This document shows, piece after piece, positions 10,572 through 20,680 of a stretch of 64,000 nucleotides of DNA. The stretch's first letter is position 1. Each line of letters starts with the position of its first letter. The notes under the pieces are model-generated. The model made no database searches and was not told where the DNA came from. It was given only the letters and a program-made list of their open reading frames with translations. Source of the DNA: an uncultured delta proteobacterium (GTDB lineage: Bacteria; Desulfobacterota; Binatia; Binatales; Binataceae); the NCBI GenBank assembly GCA_963842085.1, contig CAWJET010000002.1:1280001-1344000 (forward strand), read 5' to 3'. The position numbers were made by a program, and so were the translations under genes.

Positions 10572-12025
10572 CGTATTTCCCGTATGTCCAGTGCAAGACC
10601 TTCTGCGCGGGAGCGTTTACTTATTATAGATCAGTACATTCGGCATAGAGCTACGCCTTTTTCTCCCGGAGCGACACGGGCGCTATTTCATTTCGTTTGT
10701 CGCAAATCTCAAGCTCGCGAGCCCACAAGCGGGCGATGGGTTTGGGTCGACCGCGCTGAGATCCAAGACCGGCGCTTCGACCCTCGATCGAAAAACGGTG
10801 CAATCCCAACGCACCTGCCTATCGTCAGGCGCGGTCGTGAGCGAGCGGAATTAGGATAGCGCAGGTCGCGAAGGGGCGGCCAAAAACATAACTGCCGATT
10901 CGTTCGCTTGACGCAAGGCGCGGCTCAGGCAGGAGGTCTCATCGAACTCCGTTTTGTCAATTCCACCGAAGCCGCGATTTGTCGAGTGAAAGGAGCATGC
11001 TCGCTGACGCTATTCCTCCAGCGACCGCTGCGAAGTAACCCGCTTCGGATCAGCTTTGACGTTGGCCCAGCGCCGGCTAAGGGCTACGGTACCTTTCGGA
11101 GCTCCGGGCGGCGCGTTTTGCACGCCCGAGAAGATCGAGTCTACGATCGGCCAAGGATCTTCATTTTCACCGAGAACGTCGGCCAGGGCGATCGCGAATA
11201 GTGTTCCATTGAATCCCTTGTGAAGCGCCGGGGAGCGTCACTCCGAGTCCCGGGGCGGGACCCTGAAGGCGCCAAAGGCGACCGAGCCGTTCGTCAATCC
11301 AGCTGATATAGCTGGCCCATGGCCCCTCAAGCTTCGATCCGATCCTTTCCAGCGCGTGCCGCGAGGCAGCTAAAACAGCTGCAGCGACGCCATGGGAACT
11401 GGTATTCTGGAGGCTCATATGGCAACGGTATCGAATGTGGTGTTTCTCAAACCTGTCGTTTATATGGACCCAGCCCCGAGCGAAAGGCAATTGTCTGGGA
11501 GGGTGAAGCGGTTGCGGCCATATATTCGGCCTCTTTAAGGAGCTTCGTTTTACGCTCCGGGCCTTGATCGAAATCCGCGCGCGCTCCCTCCTGGGACGCG
11601 GCGCGCTCAGCTGGCGAGAAGGCGCTCCCAAAGAAAACGGAGCTGAGAAAAGCCAAGCCTGCACGACCGCTCCGGAAAAAGATGGGGATTAAGCAGAAAT
11701 CTTTTATCCACAGATCGGTTGATTTTTTCACCAAAAGAGAGCCTTCAGAACTTCGCACTCGATCTTCCGTGGTGTATGATCGTTGCTCAGATGACGAAAA
11801 AAGAAGCGAGTGGTGTTCCGCTCGCCTTACACTTGCGAGTCGAATCAGTATCTGTAAGGCATTTCTTTATATGGAACCTCGCCTTCCTCCCTCAGTTACA
11901 TTTGACGCCGTTATGCTGCTGCCCGACAAATTCCGTGGCCGTAATTGAAGAGTGCTGGCCACCCTAGTCGGGAATCCATGACCGTCATTCAGCCGTCCGC
12001 CCCACTGAGCTGTTGGAGGGTCAAA

Positions 12026-13534
12026 ATGGGAAGGTTGTCGCAGATTAGCTCTGGAGCCAGATTCGGCGTGATCGTTGTGCTGGGACTGACCTCGGCATTT
12101 GTGGTTCTAGCCGTAGCTAGCTGTGAAGCGTATTGGACTATGAGAGGTCTCGTCGGCAGCAGCGATCGAGTAAGCCATTCTCGCCTGATAATCGATCGCC
12201 TCGAACATCTTAGACTCGCGCTCAATGACGCAGAAACCCGGGAGCGCGATTACCTGATAAATGGCGATCAGGACAACCTGGAACTCTATCAGGCTGTAAG
12301 AGGCGGGATAGGTGAGGAAATTCACCAATTGGCGACACTTCTGACCCGCGACGATGTCGGTCAGCAGCAGCGCCTTAGTAATCTCAAGCCTTTGATTGAC
12401 GCGAGATTGACTTCTCTCGATAACTCGGTTGCAGTTCGGCAACAAGTCGGTGTTCAATCCGCGATGGAGATGGTTCGGTCAAGTAGTAGGCGCTCTGTCA
12501 TGGACGATATTCGCCGTCGCATAGACGACATGCTTGATGAAGAGAATCTTCTGGTGTCTGATTATAGGCTGAACCAAAAACTAACCACGAAGCCTGCCAT
12601 TCATCTTGCTGTGGGCGGAGGCGTCGCTGGGTTCGTATTATTGTTCGTTACGCTCTTCTACACATTCCGAGGATTCAAGTTACTACGAACCAGGCTTGTG
12701 GATTTGTCGCACAGCGATACACTTGCGCAAACGCAATGCCGACTCATGGAGGCGGTTCTTGAAAATATAGATGAAGGCGTAGTCATTTTGGATCGGGATA
12801 TGAAGGTCGTTCAGTCGAATGCTGCAGCCGAGAAACTTCTGCAGGTGAGCAGATCACAGGTGTTGGAGAAATTGACAGCCGAAATCGAGCCGTCTTTGGC
12901 TGGAGACGGACTGAGGCTCGCTCTCGGGCGTCTGCCCGGCACGCTCTCCGACGGCGGTGATCTCGAAACAACGCAGCCAGGCATCAGCAGGTTCGATGCG
13001 CGGGACCGCCTGGCTATTGCGGCAACCACCAGAGTGATTCGAGACGAAGTAGGGACACTGCAAGGTGGGGTGTTGCTCTTCAGGGATGATAAGGCCCGCA
13101 CGCGCATGGAGCGCCAACTCAAAGCGAAAGAGACTAGTCTTATTGAGCTTTTTGATCACGGGCTAGAGGCAGCCTGCATTGCCAGTTTGGAGGATGCGCT
13201 CTGTATGAGGGTGAACGAGAGATTCCTACGACTATTTGGTTATTCACGCGGCGAGATTTTAGGCCAGACAATTGAGGATGCGAATTTCTGCGCTAGCCCT
13301 GCTGGATTGAGAGAAGCTCTGGAACGGGTACGAATCACGGGAGCCGTATACGACCAGCTGCTTCGTTTTTGCACAAAAGCCGGACGGACGTTTGAAGCCA
13401 GGCTCTCCGCTCTGCCGGTCGAAGTTGGTGGAAAAGCCTGCATTATGTTTGCTCTTCAGAACATCACTTGGCCGAAGCTCGAATGGCGGAGTAGCCGATC
13501 CAGTTGGTTGCTCCGTCGTCTGGTGCAAAGCTGA
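12026..13534 (+). CDS. CHASE3-PAS-PAS membrane sensor without output domain
   Basis: TM, DAETRERDYLINGD (CHASE3), TM, PAS (ENIDEGVVILD..NAAAEKL), PAS (VNERFLRLFGYSRGEILG), then stop; start approximate. Confidence 0.8.
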   Translation: MGRLSQISSGARFGVIVVLGLTSAFVVLAVASCEAYWTMRGLVGSSDRVSHSRLIIDRLEHLRLALNDAETRERDYLINGDQDNLELYQAVRGGIGEEIHQLATLLTRDDVGQQQRLSNLKPLIDARLTSLDNSVAVRQQVGVQSAMEMVRSSSRRSVMDDIRRRIDDMLDEENLLVSDYRLNQKLTTKPAIHLAVGGGVAGFVLLFVTLFYTFRGFKLLRTRLVDLSHSDTLAQTQCRLMEAVLENIDEGVVILDRDMKVVQSNAAAEKLLQVSRSQVLEKLTAEIEPSLAGDGLRLALGRLPGTLSDGGDLETTQPGISRFDARDRLAIAATTRVIRDEVGTLQGGVLLFRDDKARTRMERQLKAKETSLIELFDHGLEAACIASLEDALCMRVNERFLRLFGYSRGEILGQTIEDANFCASPAGLREALERVRITGAVYDQLLRFCTKAGRTFEARLSALPVEVGGKACIMFALQNITWPKLEWRSSRSSWLLRRLVQS

Positions 13535-14133
13535 GAAACCTAATCTCCGCAACGTCTCGATCCACAGATCTGTTTCAGCTTCGTTACTGTTCATTTGCCG
13601 AATACGCATCCGTCGACTTGAGCGCTGACCGCACCAGGGGAATGACGGCCATCTCCGGCCGGCAGGATCGTCCCCGGCCTTTCCACCGAGAGCTGTATTC
13701 GGCCCTTTCCGTAAGGGTCCACGATCTCAATTCGTTTCGCTCTGATATCTTGGGCGAACCGCGCGCAGATTGAGCCCGCTATCCCACTTACTGCCGCTGC
13801 CAACAATAGAGGCCAGATGTCCATGTGCTTGAGACCCGTCGCGCGGATATTAGCATCAGTCGAGCCTTGGGAAAGAGGCTGACAACGGGCTCTGGGGGCC
13901 CGCCCCGGTCGTAAATTTTTTTTTCTTGATCGCGCGGCATCTGGTATCGCTGCGGACCCTCGATGGGGGTTGCCCCTTCAACGGCAGTCGGAAACCCTCG
14001 ATTGGGGCCAGCCGGCAGGGTGCCGGGGTGCCATCTTCGGTGCCAAATCGCGATGACGTCCGCCGGTATCGCTCAGTGTTAATCGCTCGCTCGCGCACGA
14101 TCCAGCGTCTCGCGTTTGTTGCTCCGCCCGAAC

Positions 14134-14282
14134 CTTACCGATGTCCGGAAGTTTTTCCGGCAGCGATTCTGCGAAGCCTGAGATCCGAGGCTGCACCCAA
14201 GTGGCTTTGTTTTGTAAATTTCAATAGGTCAGCCCGATTGCCTTCCGCCGTTTGGTGATTTCGGTCGGTTTTGCCGTTGAGA
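14134..14282 (+). repeat. ~150-bp direct repeat, copy 1 (copy 2 at 32016-32167)
   Basis: Shared CTTACCGATG.CCGGAAGTTTTTCCGGCAGCGATTCTGCGAAGCCTGAGATCCGA...GTGGCTTTGTTTTGTAAATTTC. Confidence 0.9.
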
Positions 14283-14318
14283 GCGATCTTGCTGAAACGG
14301 CAGTTAAATCGATAATCT

Positions 14319-14968
14319 ATTGATAAACAATTGAAGCGTGCGAAAAACAACGGCAAGCCACTTTTGAGCGTGAGGGAGATCGCCTTCATCGATGGCATCA
14401 CTTCCCGCGGGCTGACCGCGCTGACCGCGGCTAAACAAGCAGGTTACAGGTCTCCACAAAATGCTTCGTCCGTCTGATGCGTGCGCCGCTAGTGAGCGCT
14501 GAGATTGAACGGCGGCGGACGATGCTGCAGGAACGCGGTGATGTCGATTTACTTCGCGTTCAGAAATGGACCTGGTTTGCGGCAACTTTCGATATCAGCG
14601 GCATCTTCAAACCCGGAACGTTCGAAATTCTACCGCTGAAGCAATGGCCGGACCGGCGGCTCACTCAACTGGTTGAATCGATCAAGACCACCAAGAGAAA
14701 GGACGGCACGGTGATGGTGCGCGAAGTCAAGTTCTCGCCCCGGTCGCCGCATCTGAATAGATTGCTGAAGATTCTGGGCGTGCCGAAAAAAGTCCCGACG
14801 ATTCAACAACCTAGGCCCACCCTGCAAAGCGTGATTGACGCACTGACGGCGGACAACGAGCGAGTCAAAAGGGCCGACCGGGCTTCAATCGACGGCAGGT
14901 TGAGCGTCGACGCTGCGACGGGTGAGATTAAAGTCAGCCCGGGTTCGAGCTCTCGCACCAAAGCCTGA
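14319..14968 (+). pseudogene. Phage terminase small subunit-like, frameshifted near 14470
   Basis: LSVREIAFIDGI...TAAKQAGYRSPQNAS / RLMRAPLVSAEI...AATFDISGIF...VESIK..VREVKF: TerS HTH and C-terminal pattern. Confidence 0.65.
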
Positions 14969-15271
14969 GCCGCTCTTCTCAGTTCCACGGCCAAGGACAA
15001 CAGCATGCGGCGGCGCGTTGTGCCTTGCGTGCGCTTGGCCGGGGAGATTCTGAAGCAAAAGACTTGGGCTGGGCCCGGGGGCGGTCCACGAGGTTCCTCA
15101 AGAAGGTGCCGTCGTCGGCGAAAATTGTGCGGCGAGATCGGGAAGATGGTCAATTTCGCGTGGGCGAAGTTCAGAGCCGTTGGTTGAGTCCAGCGCTCGA
15201 GTAATTGAAGGTCGCCGACGCGATGCAACTTTTCGGAAACCTCCGTCATCACCGTCTGCGGCAGTCGGCCG

Positions 15272-15753
15272 AGTAGGCGGCTGGCCGGCGATACCGCGCG
15301 TGAAGCGACCAGCGACGAGGTCAAAGGGTTGCGGGCGGAGAGCCAGCAACTCAAGGAACTGTTGGCCGAGCTGATGATGGAGAACCGCCTGCTCAAAAAA
15401 AGCGTGCTGGCGGATTGGGAGTCCGATACATGAGGCACGCCGCGGACGAGAAGCTGGAGATCATCCGGCTGGTCGAGCTGTCGTCGCTGCCGGTGCGGCG
15501 CACCCTGGACCAGGCACAACTCGGCCACGCTGTCTTCGCCGCGCAGACCCGCGATCACGATCCTGACCTTGTCCTCTGCCGAGAAGTGCCGCCGCGTCGC
15601 CCGCCTTATATCGCGTACCGCCTTCTCCGCCGCTTCCGACTGCGCATCGATTTTCGATCCCATCTCTCCGCTCCTTCCGCGGTTAAAGATGAGCCAAAAA
15701 CCCTCTCTTACTCAATCGCCTTAAACTGTCCAACTTGTGCTGACGGGGGAACA
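15272..15753. mobile_element. Scrambled IS3-family remnant
   Basis: orfA N-terminus (RDIRRATRRHFSAEDKVRIVIAGLRGEDSVAELC) and left end on -; orfA C-terminus and orfB start (EKLEIIRLVELSSLPVRRTL) on +. Confidence 0.85.
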
Positions 15754-15779
15754 CGCGCCGATCCTTTCTTTTATTAATT

Positions 15780-15866
15780 TAGGACTATTTTATTTGATTC
15801 TATTTGATTTAAATCTTTTTGAATTGACAATCAGATGCTTTCGTTGTATCTAATTTTTCTACGGAG
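15780..15866 (+). repeat. AT-rich promoter-like block, copy 2
   Basis: Matches 3977-4053; TTGACA, then runs into the GGAGGAG RBS of the ORF at 15875. Confidence 0.75.
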
Positions 15867-15874
15867 GAGCTGTA

Positions 15875-16063
15875 ATGAGAAAGTTTCCCAGGTGGATTTG
15901 GACCGTTGCAGCTGGTGCTGTCTTCGCGGTTGGCTTCCAAGGAGTCGCGGGTGCAGTTTCCCCAGTTGCTGCTCCGGAGCTCGATCCAGGAACCGTCGCC
16001 AGTGGCTTGGCGCTTCTGGTTGGTGGTTCTTTGATCGCGCTTGAACGCTACCGTTCGCGCTAG
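15875..16063 (+). CDS. Small secreted protein with PEP-CTERM-like (VPEID/APELD-CTERM) sorting tail
   Basis: Signal peptide ending VAGA, then APELDP + TM helix + basic ERYRSR; strong RBS. Confidence 0.75.
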   Translation: MRKFPRWIWTVAAGAVFAVGFQGVAGAVSPVAAPELDPGTVASGLALLVGGSLIALERYRSR

Positions 16064-16121
16064 TCGGCCGGCGCCGCCCATGGCTTCGGCCCCGTCGCCG
16101 CGAGCCTCTCGACTTCCGCAT

Positions 16122-16364
16122 ATGCTTGTTCAGTGTCTTGATATCGACACGCGCGCGGGCGAGCGCTGCGCCGCGCCCAGGTGCCGCCAGCCTGCGGCTC
16201 ATCGCGTCACGATCACGGACGACTATGGCGATCTGAGCGCCAAATTTTTCCTGTGCCACGACTCTCTCGACGAGGTGATGGGCGCACTCGAACTGGTCGA
16301 GCACGTGCTGAACGCCAACAAGCGCCAAAATTTCAACTCGGCGGGTTCCCAGCGCACGGCTTGA
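16122..16364 (+). CDS. Small hypothetical Cys/His protein
   Basis: C....C..PAAH....LCHD pattern; follows the CTERM gene. Confidence 0.35.
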   Translation: MLVQCLDIDTRAGERCAAPRCRQPAAHRVTITDDYGDLSAKFFLCHDSLDEVMGALELVEHVLNANKRQNFNSAGSQRTA

Positions 16365-16398
16365 AGGGGGGAAACCCCACCGAGCATAGTTCAGGAGC

Positions 16399-16776
16399 TT
16401 AGCGTCCTATCCCACGATACGTGCACCAGCCGCAATCAGGCGATGGCTCCGGCGCAAACGGTCGGTCGAGCATCGTAACCAGCTCGAACACGAACTCTAG
16501 GTACGCACCATCGTCGCGTGCAATTTCGACCCAGTTGACAAGGCCGATAAGCGAACCGCTGCCTGGTTGCTCGTTGCTGAATGAGGCAGGCTCGAAGACG
16601 ATCAACCCGAGCCGTTCGATCCGGCTCAGCGATGGCGACCCCAGCTTCGCCTGTTCAAGAGCGTAAGCGTAGCTGTGAAGCTGACGACCATACTTGACGA
16701 GGTTGGGGTCCCTCACCTTCGACATCTTGATGTCCGGCACGGCATATCCGCCACCCTCAAGGGCGACCACCCGCAA
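16399..16776 (-). pseudogene. C-terminal fragment of a PD-(D/E)XK nuclease
   Basis: V.DIK, YGRQLHSYAYAL, terminal PSPDCGWCTYR; N-terminus missing. Confidence 0.7.
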
Positions 16777-17121
16777 AGCGAAATTTGTCGTCTATTTGTC
16801 GTCGCTGGAATCGAAAACGCCGGCCAGCGCGCAGCGGCTCAAGGTGCTGCGAGCGGTGGAGAGCCTGCTGCCGCAAGGGGATGACGCCCGCCAAGAGGCT
16901 TATGCGCGCGGGTATCAGAACGGCGCCGCCGATGAGCGGCGTAAGGAATAGACGAAGCCCCCGGAAAAAAAGATTGAACTCTCCGAGATCGCGTCGCGCC
17001 TAGAAGAACTTCCCCTTGGCACCCGGCCGGTGGGTGAAATCATCCCTCGCGTCTGATATCTACAGTCGCTAGCCACAAAACCGCCGACGCAGTTCCGGCA
17101 ACCTTTTGCGAGGAGGATCCA

Positions 17122-17337
17122 ATGGACCTCGAGAAAATACTGACGGACCTGAAGCGCGAACGAGACAGATTAATTCATGCCATCGCCTTGCTGTCCGGCG
17201 ACTCAGCGGTCCCCGGAAAGACCGGAAAGCGGGCAATGAAGGGCAAGAGGCGTGGCGGCATCACGCCTGCGGGCAGAAGGCGGCTGTCATTGGCTATGAA
17301 GAGACGGTGGGCAGAGCGCAGAAAGAAGGCTTCGTAG
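17122..17337 (+). CDS. Small basic coiled-coil protein (possible DNA-binding)
   Basis: GAGGAGG RBS; L..LKRERDRL..AI..L...ITPAGRRRLSLAMKRRWAERRK family pattern. Confidence 0.8.
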   Translation: MDLEKILTDLKRERDRLIHAIALLSGDSAVPGKTGKRAMKGKRRGGITPAGRRRLSLAMKRRWAERRKKAS

Positions 17338-17449
17338 AAGAACTGCCGCAACGACGCTGCGCTGACGGACCGAGATAAAGCATTCGCCATCGAGGAATGC
17401 GTTAGGACTTCCGCTCGTCGCTGAGAGAGCGGACACTCCCGTCAAGCCG

Positions 17450-17863
17450 CTAGCGCGGCGTGAGCAACACCACGGGGATGTCGCGTTTCGTTCCGGCCTG
17501 GTACTTGTCATAGTCGGGCCACTGCGCTGTCATGATCGGCCACACGCGCTTCTTTTCTTCGGCCGTGGCAGTCCGCGCCCGGACCGGAATCACTTTGTCC
17601 CACACCTGGATCTTCACATCGGGGTGGGTGAGCAGGTTCTTGTACCACCCAGGATCGTCGGGCGCGCCACCTTTCGAAGCGACAACCAGATAGTTGTTGC
17701 CGTCGCGCCCGTAGATCAGCGGGAACTTTTTCGTCTCGCCAGATTTCCGCCCGATCGTGTGCAGCACCAGACAACTGGTGTTGTTCCAATCGTGGCCAAT
17801 CTTACCGCCGGTCGCCTCGTACCGGCGGACGTGCTCGTCTCCGAACAAGCTGTAGTCAGGCAT
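17450..17863 (-). CDS. Deazaflavin (F420)-dependent nitroreductase family (Ddn-like)
   Basis: LHTIGRKSG, VVASKGGAPDDPGWYKNL, YQ..T.RDIPVVLL. Confidence 0.92.
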   Translation of the reverse strand: MPDYSLFGDEHVRRYEATGGKIGHDWNNTSCLVLHTIGRKSGETKKFPLIYGRDGNNYLVVASKGGAPDDPGWYKNLLTHPDVKIQVWDKVIPVRARTATAEEKKRVWPIMTAQWPDYDKYQAGTKRDIPVVLLTPR

Positions 17864-18163
17864 GGGCGTAGACTGCCACGTTGGCAGCCCTCTGGCCAAC
17901 CTGTCTGTGGCGAATTGCTAATTTTGGCAGAAACCACCTCCGAAACGCAGTCTTGTGAATCGCTCACTTACCGCTAAAGTTCGCTTCCGTGCGAGATATG
18001 TTCATCTTGACCGCCCATCTGCTGCACCGCCGCCACCTTGAATAAAGCGGGCCAAGGCCATCGTCGGAATGACGTTCCTCTATCAACGTGAGCAACAGGT
18101 CGCCAACGCAACCCTTCACGGCATTCCTTCTGAGATCCCTCCTACATCACGCGTCGCGCTTAA

Positions 18164-19117
18164 TCACGGTGCACTGGCGGCAGAGAGAACATCAAGCTGT
18201 CGTTTACCGAGCCCCAACCGTCCGACGTTGATAATGTCGTTCAGCTGCGCGACGCTTCGTACGCCAATGATCGGAGCGACAATGCCAGATTGGGCGACCA
18301 GCCATGCAAGGGCAACCTCGGCCTGTGTGGCGTTCTGTTCCTCCGCGACCTCTTCCAAAGCGGTGAGGATGCGCAGACCGCGATCGTTCACGTAGCGCTG
18401 CTTCACCATTTCCTCCCACTTGCTCTGAGAATTGTCCACGCCGGGCCGATATTTGCCAGTCAGGAAACCCTTAGCCAGCGCGCTGTAACAGATCACTCCA
18501 ACATCGTTCTTGACGCATATATCCTGCACAGCGGTTTCGAAATCGGCGCGGTCACAAAGATTGTAACGCGGCTGCAGACTGTTGTAGCGGCACACACCCT
18601 TGTCCTGGCTGACCCTCAAAGCCTCCGACAGTCGCCGGGCATCGTAGTGGGACGCGCCGATCGCGCGCACCTTGCCGGATTTGATCAACCGATCATAAGC
18701 CTCCAGGGTCTCGTCCAGCGGCGTTCGGGCATCATCCACGTGCGACTGGTAAAGATCGATATAATCGGTCTGCAGCCGCTTCAGCGATCCTTCGACCGCT
18801 TTGACGATGTATGATGCCGAAAGCCCCTCGCCCCAGTTGGGCATCTGCGCGCCAACCTTTGTCGCCACAACCACCCGTTCACGTCTGCCGCGCGCCTTCA
18901 GCCAGTCGCCAATGACCGTCTCGGATTCCCCACCCACATGACCGGGAACCCAACAGGAATAAACGTCAGCCGTATCGATGGCATTGTATCCGGCCTCCAC
19001 AAAAGCATCGAGGATGGCGAATGACGTCTGGGGATCCGCCGACCAACCAAAGGTATTCGTGCCGAGCACGAGAGGCGCTATCTTCAGATCAGATCGACCA
19101 ATCTTGCGCTGTTGCAT
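18164..19117 (-). CDS. Aldo/keto reductase
   Basis: IDTADVYS, VATKVG, SLKRLQTDYIDLYQSH, GKVRAIGAS. Confidence 0.95.
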   Translation of the reverse strand: MQQRKIGRSDLKIAPLVLGTNTFGWSADPQTSFAILDAFVEAGYNAIDTADVYSCWVPGHVGGESETVIGDWLKARGRRERVVVATKVGAQMPNWGEGLSASYIVKAVEGSLKRLQTDYIDLYQSHVDDARTPLDETLEAYDRLIKSGKVRAIGASHYDARRLSEALRVSQDKGVCRYNSLQPRYNLCDRADFETAVQDICVKNDVGVICYSALAKGFLTGKYRPGVDNSQSKWEEMVKQRYVNDRGLRILTALEEVAEEQNATQAEVALAWLVAQSGIVAPIIGVRSVAQLNDIINVGRLGLGKRQLDVLSAASAP

Positions 19118-19184
19118 ATGTTTGTCCTTCATTTCGCGATAGTTGAAGACCTTCAGCGAGCGGAACGTGCCCTTGGCCATGCCG

Positions 19185-19514
19185 TCACGAGCCCGTCGGC
19201 GAATTGCCGCCGTGGAACCGCCCGAACGAGCGCGCGGCCATCACACCGATGAGCAGAACGCCCACACCCACGGCGATGACGTGATCCCCGGCGCGCACAT
19301 CGAAGCTTCCCACACGAGCGATGAGAAGGTAGGCGACGACGAAGTTCGCAAATCCCCAGAGCACGTTCACGGTCGAGGACGAAAGACCCTTGCCCGGCGG
19401 TTTGGCGAACGGGCTCTGAAAGGGCCGCCCCATCATGCCGCTGACGAAATGCGGAACGGCGTTTGCGAGAAAAGCGCCGCCGAACAGATAGGCTGCGTCG
19501 TGAAGCCAATCCAT
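19185..19514 (-). CDS. Small membrane protein
   Basis: Three hydrophobic segments, NAVPHFVSG..GRPFQSPFAKPPG; operonic. Confidence 0.8.
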   Translation of the reverse strand: MDWLHDAAYLFGGAFLANAVPHFVSGMMGRPFQSPFAKPPGKGLSSSTVNVLWGFANFVVAYLLIARVGSFDVRAGDHVIAVGVGVLLIGVMAARSFGRFHGGNSPTGS

Positions 19515-19516
19515 GG

Positions 19517-20074
19517 TCAGGCGCTCTTATCCAGAAGATCGATGATCTCCTGCGTCGTGCCGGTCTCGCCGATCCCCGGGAAAATCCGTGTGATGCTGTA
19601 GGCGTGGGCGCCGGCGTGCAAGTCGATGGCATCGGTCGCGAGCGTCACGTTGAAGCCGAGCTCATAGGCCTGGCGCGCGGTGACCCCGACGCCGTTGCTG
19701 GTGGCGACGCCGACGATCACGACCTGCGTGACGCCCAACGTCCTCAAATGGGCTTCAAGATCCGTGTTAGTGAATGCGCCCGGCGTGTGCTTTGTGACGA
19801 CATGGTCTTGCGGCTGCCGGTTCAGCTGGAGGATGAGATCGGTCCAGCCGGCCGGAAATTCTCGATGGCGGCGCGGCTGCTCCGTCCGGCCCGGCGCACC
19901 GCCGGCGACGTTGACCAGCACGACCGGCAGGCCATGTCCGCGGAAGGCGTCCGTCAGCGCCCCGACGTGCTTCGCCAGACCGGCCATCGGATGCACGGTC
20001 GGAAGTGAAACGATCCCTTTCTGAAGATCGATGACAATGAGCGCGGACTTCGGGTCGAGGATGGTCACGGTCAC
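19517..20074 (-). CDS. Isochorismatase-family hydrolase (YecD-like)
   Basis: ALIVIDLQKGI, K..PGAFTNTDL, GVATSNGV..TARQAYELG; AAGGAG RBS before GTG. Confidence 0.9.
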   Translation of the reverse strand: MTVTILDPKSALIVIDLQKGIVSLPTVHPMAGLAKHVGALTDAFRGHGLPVVLVNVAGGAPGRTEQPRRHREFPAGWTDLILQLNRQPQDHVVTKHTPGAFTNTDLEAHLRTLGVTQVVIVGVATSNGVGVTARQAYELGFNVTLATDAIDLHAGAHAYSITRIFPGIGETGTTQEIIDLLDKSA

Positions 20075-20157
20075 GGCGTTCTCCTTTCTGAATGTTCTGG
20101 ATGGCGGTGAAGCCGCGCGTTCCATCTCGTGCGTCGAGCGCCCCCAAGGCAGATCGC

Positions 20158-20436
20158 CTAGGAATCGGCTTGGCCCAAGCGCTTGATCAGGGCGACCGCG
20201 GACATCAGCGTCTGTTGTTCGGCGAGATCGAGCTTGGCCATGGCGGCCAAAAGCCATTTCTGCTTCGCGGCGCTGCGCTTCCGTCTCGCCTCGACGCCTT
20301 CGTCCGTCAGGGCGAACAAGACCTGGCGACCGTCCGTCGGATGAGGGCGACGCTCGACCAGTCCCTCCCGCTCCAGCTCTGCGAGCGTGGCGCCCATCGA
20401 CTGCGGCTTCACCGACTCCGCGCGCGCGAGGCCCAC
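20158..20436 (-). pseudogene. MarR-family regulator, 5'-truncated next to a MITE
   Basis: LARAESVKPQSMGATLAELEREGLVERRPHPTDGRQ; N-terminal helices missing. Confidence 0.8.
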
Positions 20437-20450
20437 TGGGCTTGTAACCT

Positions 20451-20577
20451 CTAGCAGGTTGCGGAAAAACTCAATGAAAGACGATTTCGGCGAAGAGTAA
20501 GCATTACTACGATCACGAGAATGCGTCTTGGATCAATGTCATCAGGAGTCAAAAACCCTTTTTCCGCAACCTGCTAG
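20451..20577. mobile_element. 127-bp MITE (IS5/IS1182-like ends)
   Basis: Perfect 19-bp terminal IR CTAGCAGGTTGCGGAAAAA; no ORF inside. Confidence 0.85.
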
Positions 20578-20680
20578 GCCGCAGGTTCAAACTGGTGTTC
20601 GCCAAGGCGTTGAGATCCTTCCCCCGCAACCACGCCACATTCGCGCCGCATCTCAAGGTCAAGCGCAAGGAGCACAATCG

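Noticed and set aside
16399-16776. Cas4 or restriction system
   Set aside because: Only a C-terminal PD-(D/E)XK fragment with no partner genes.
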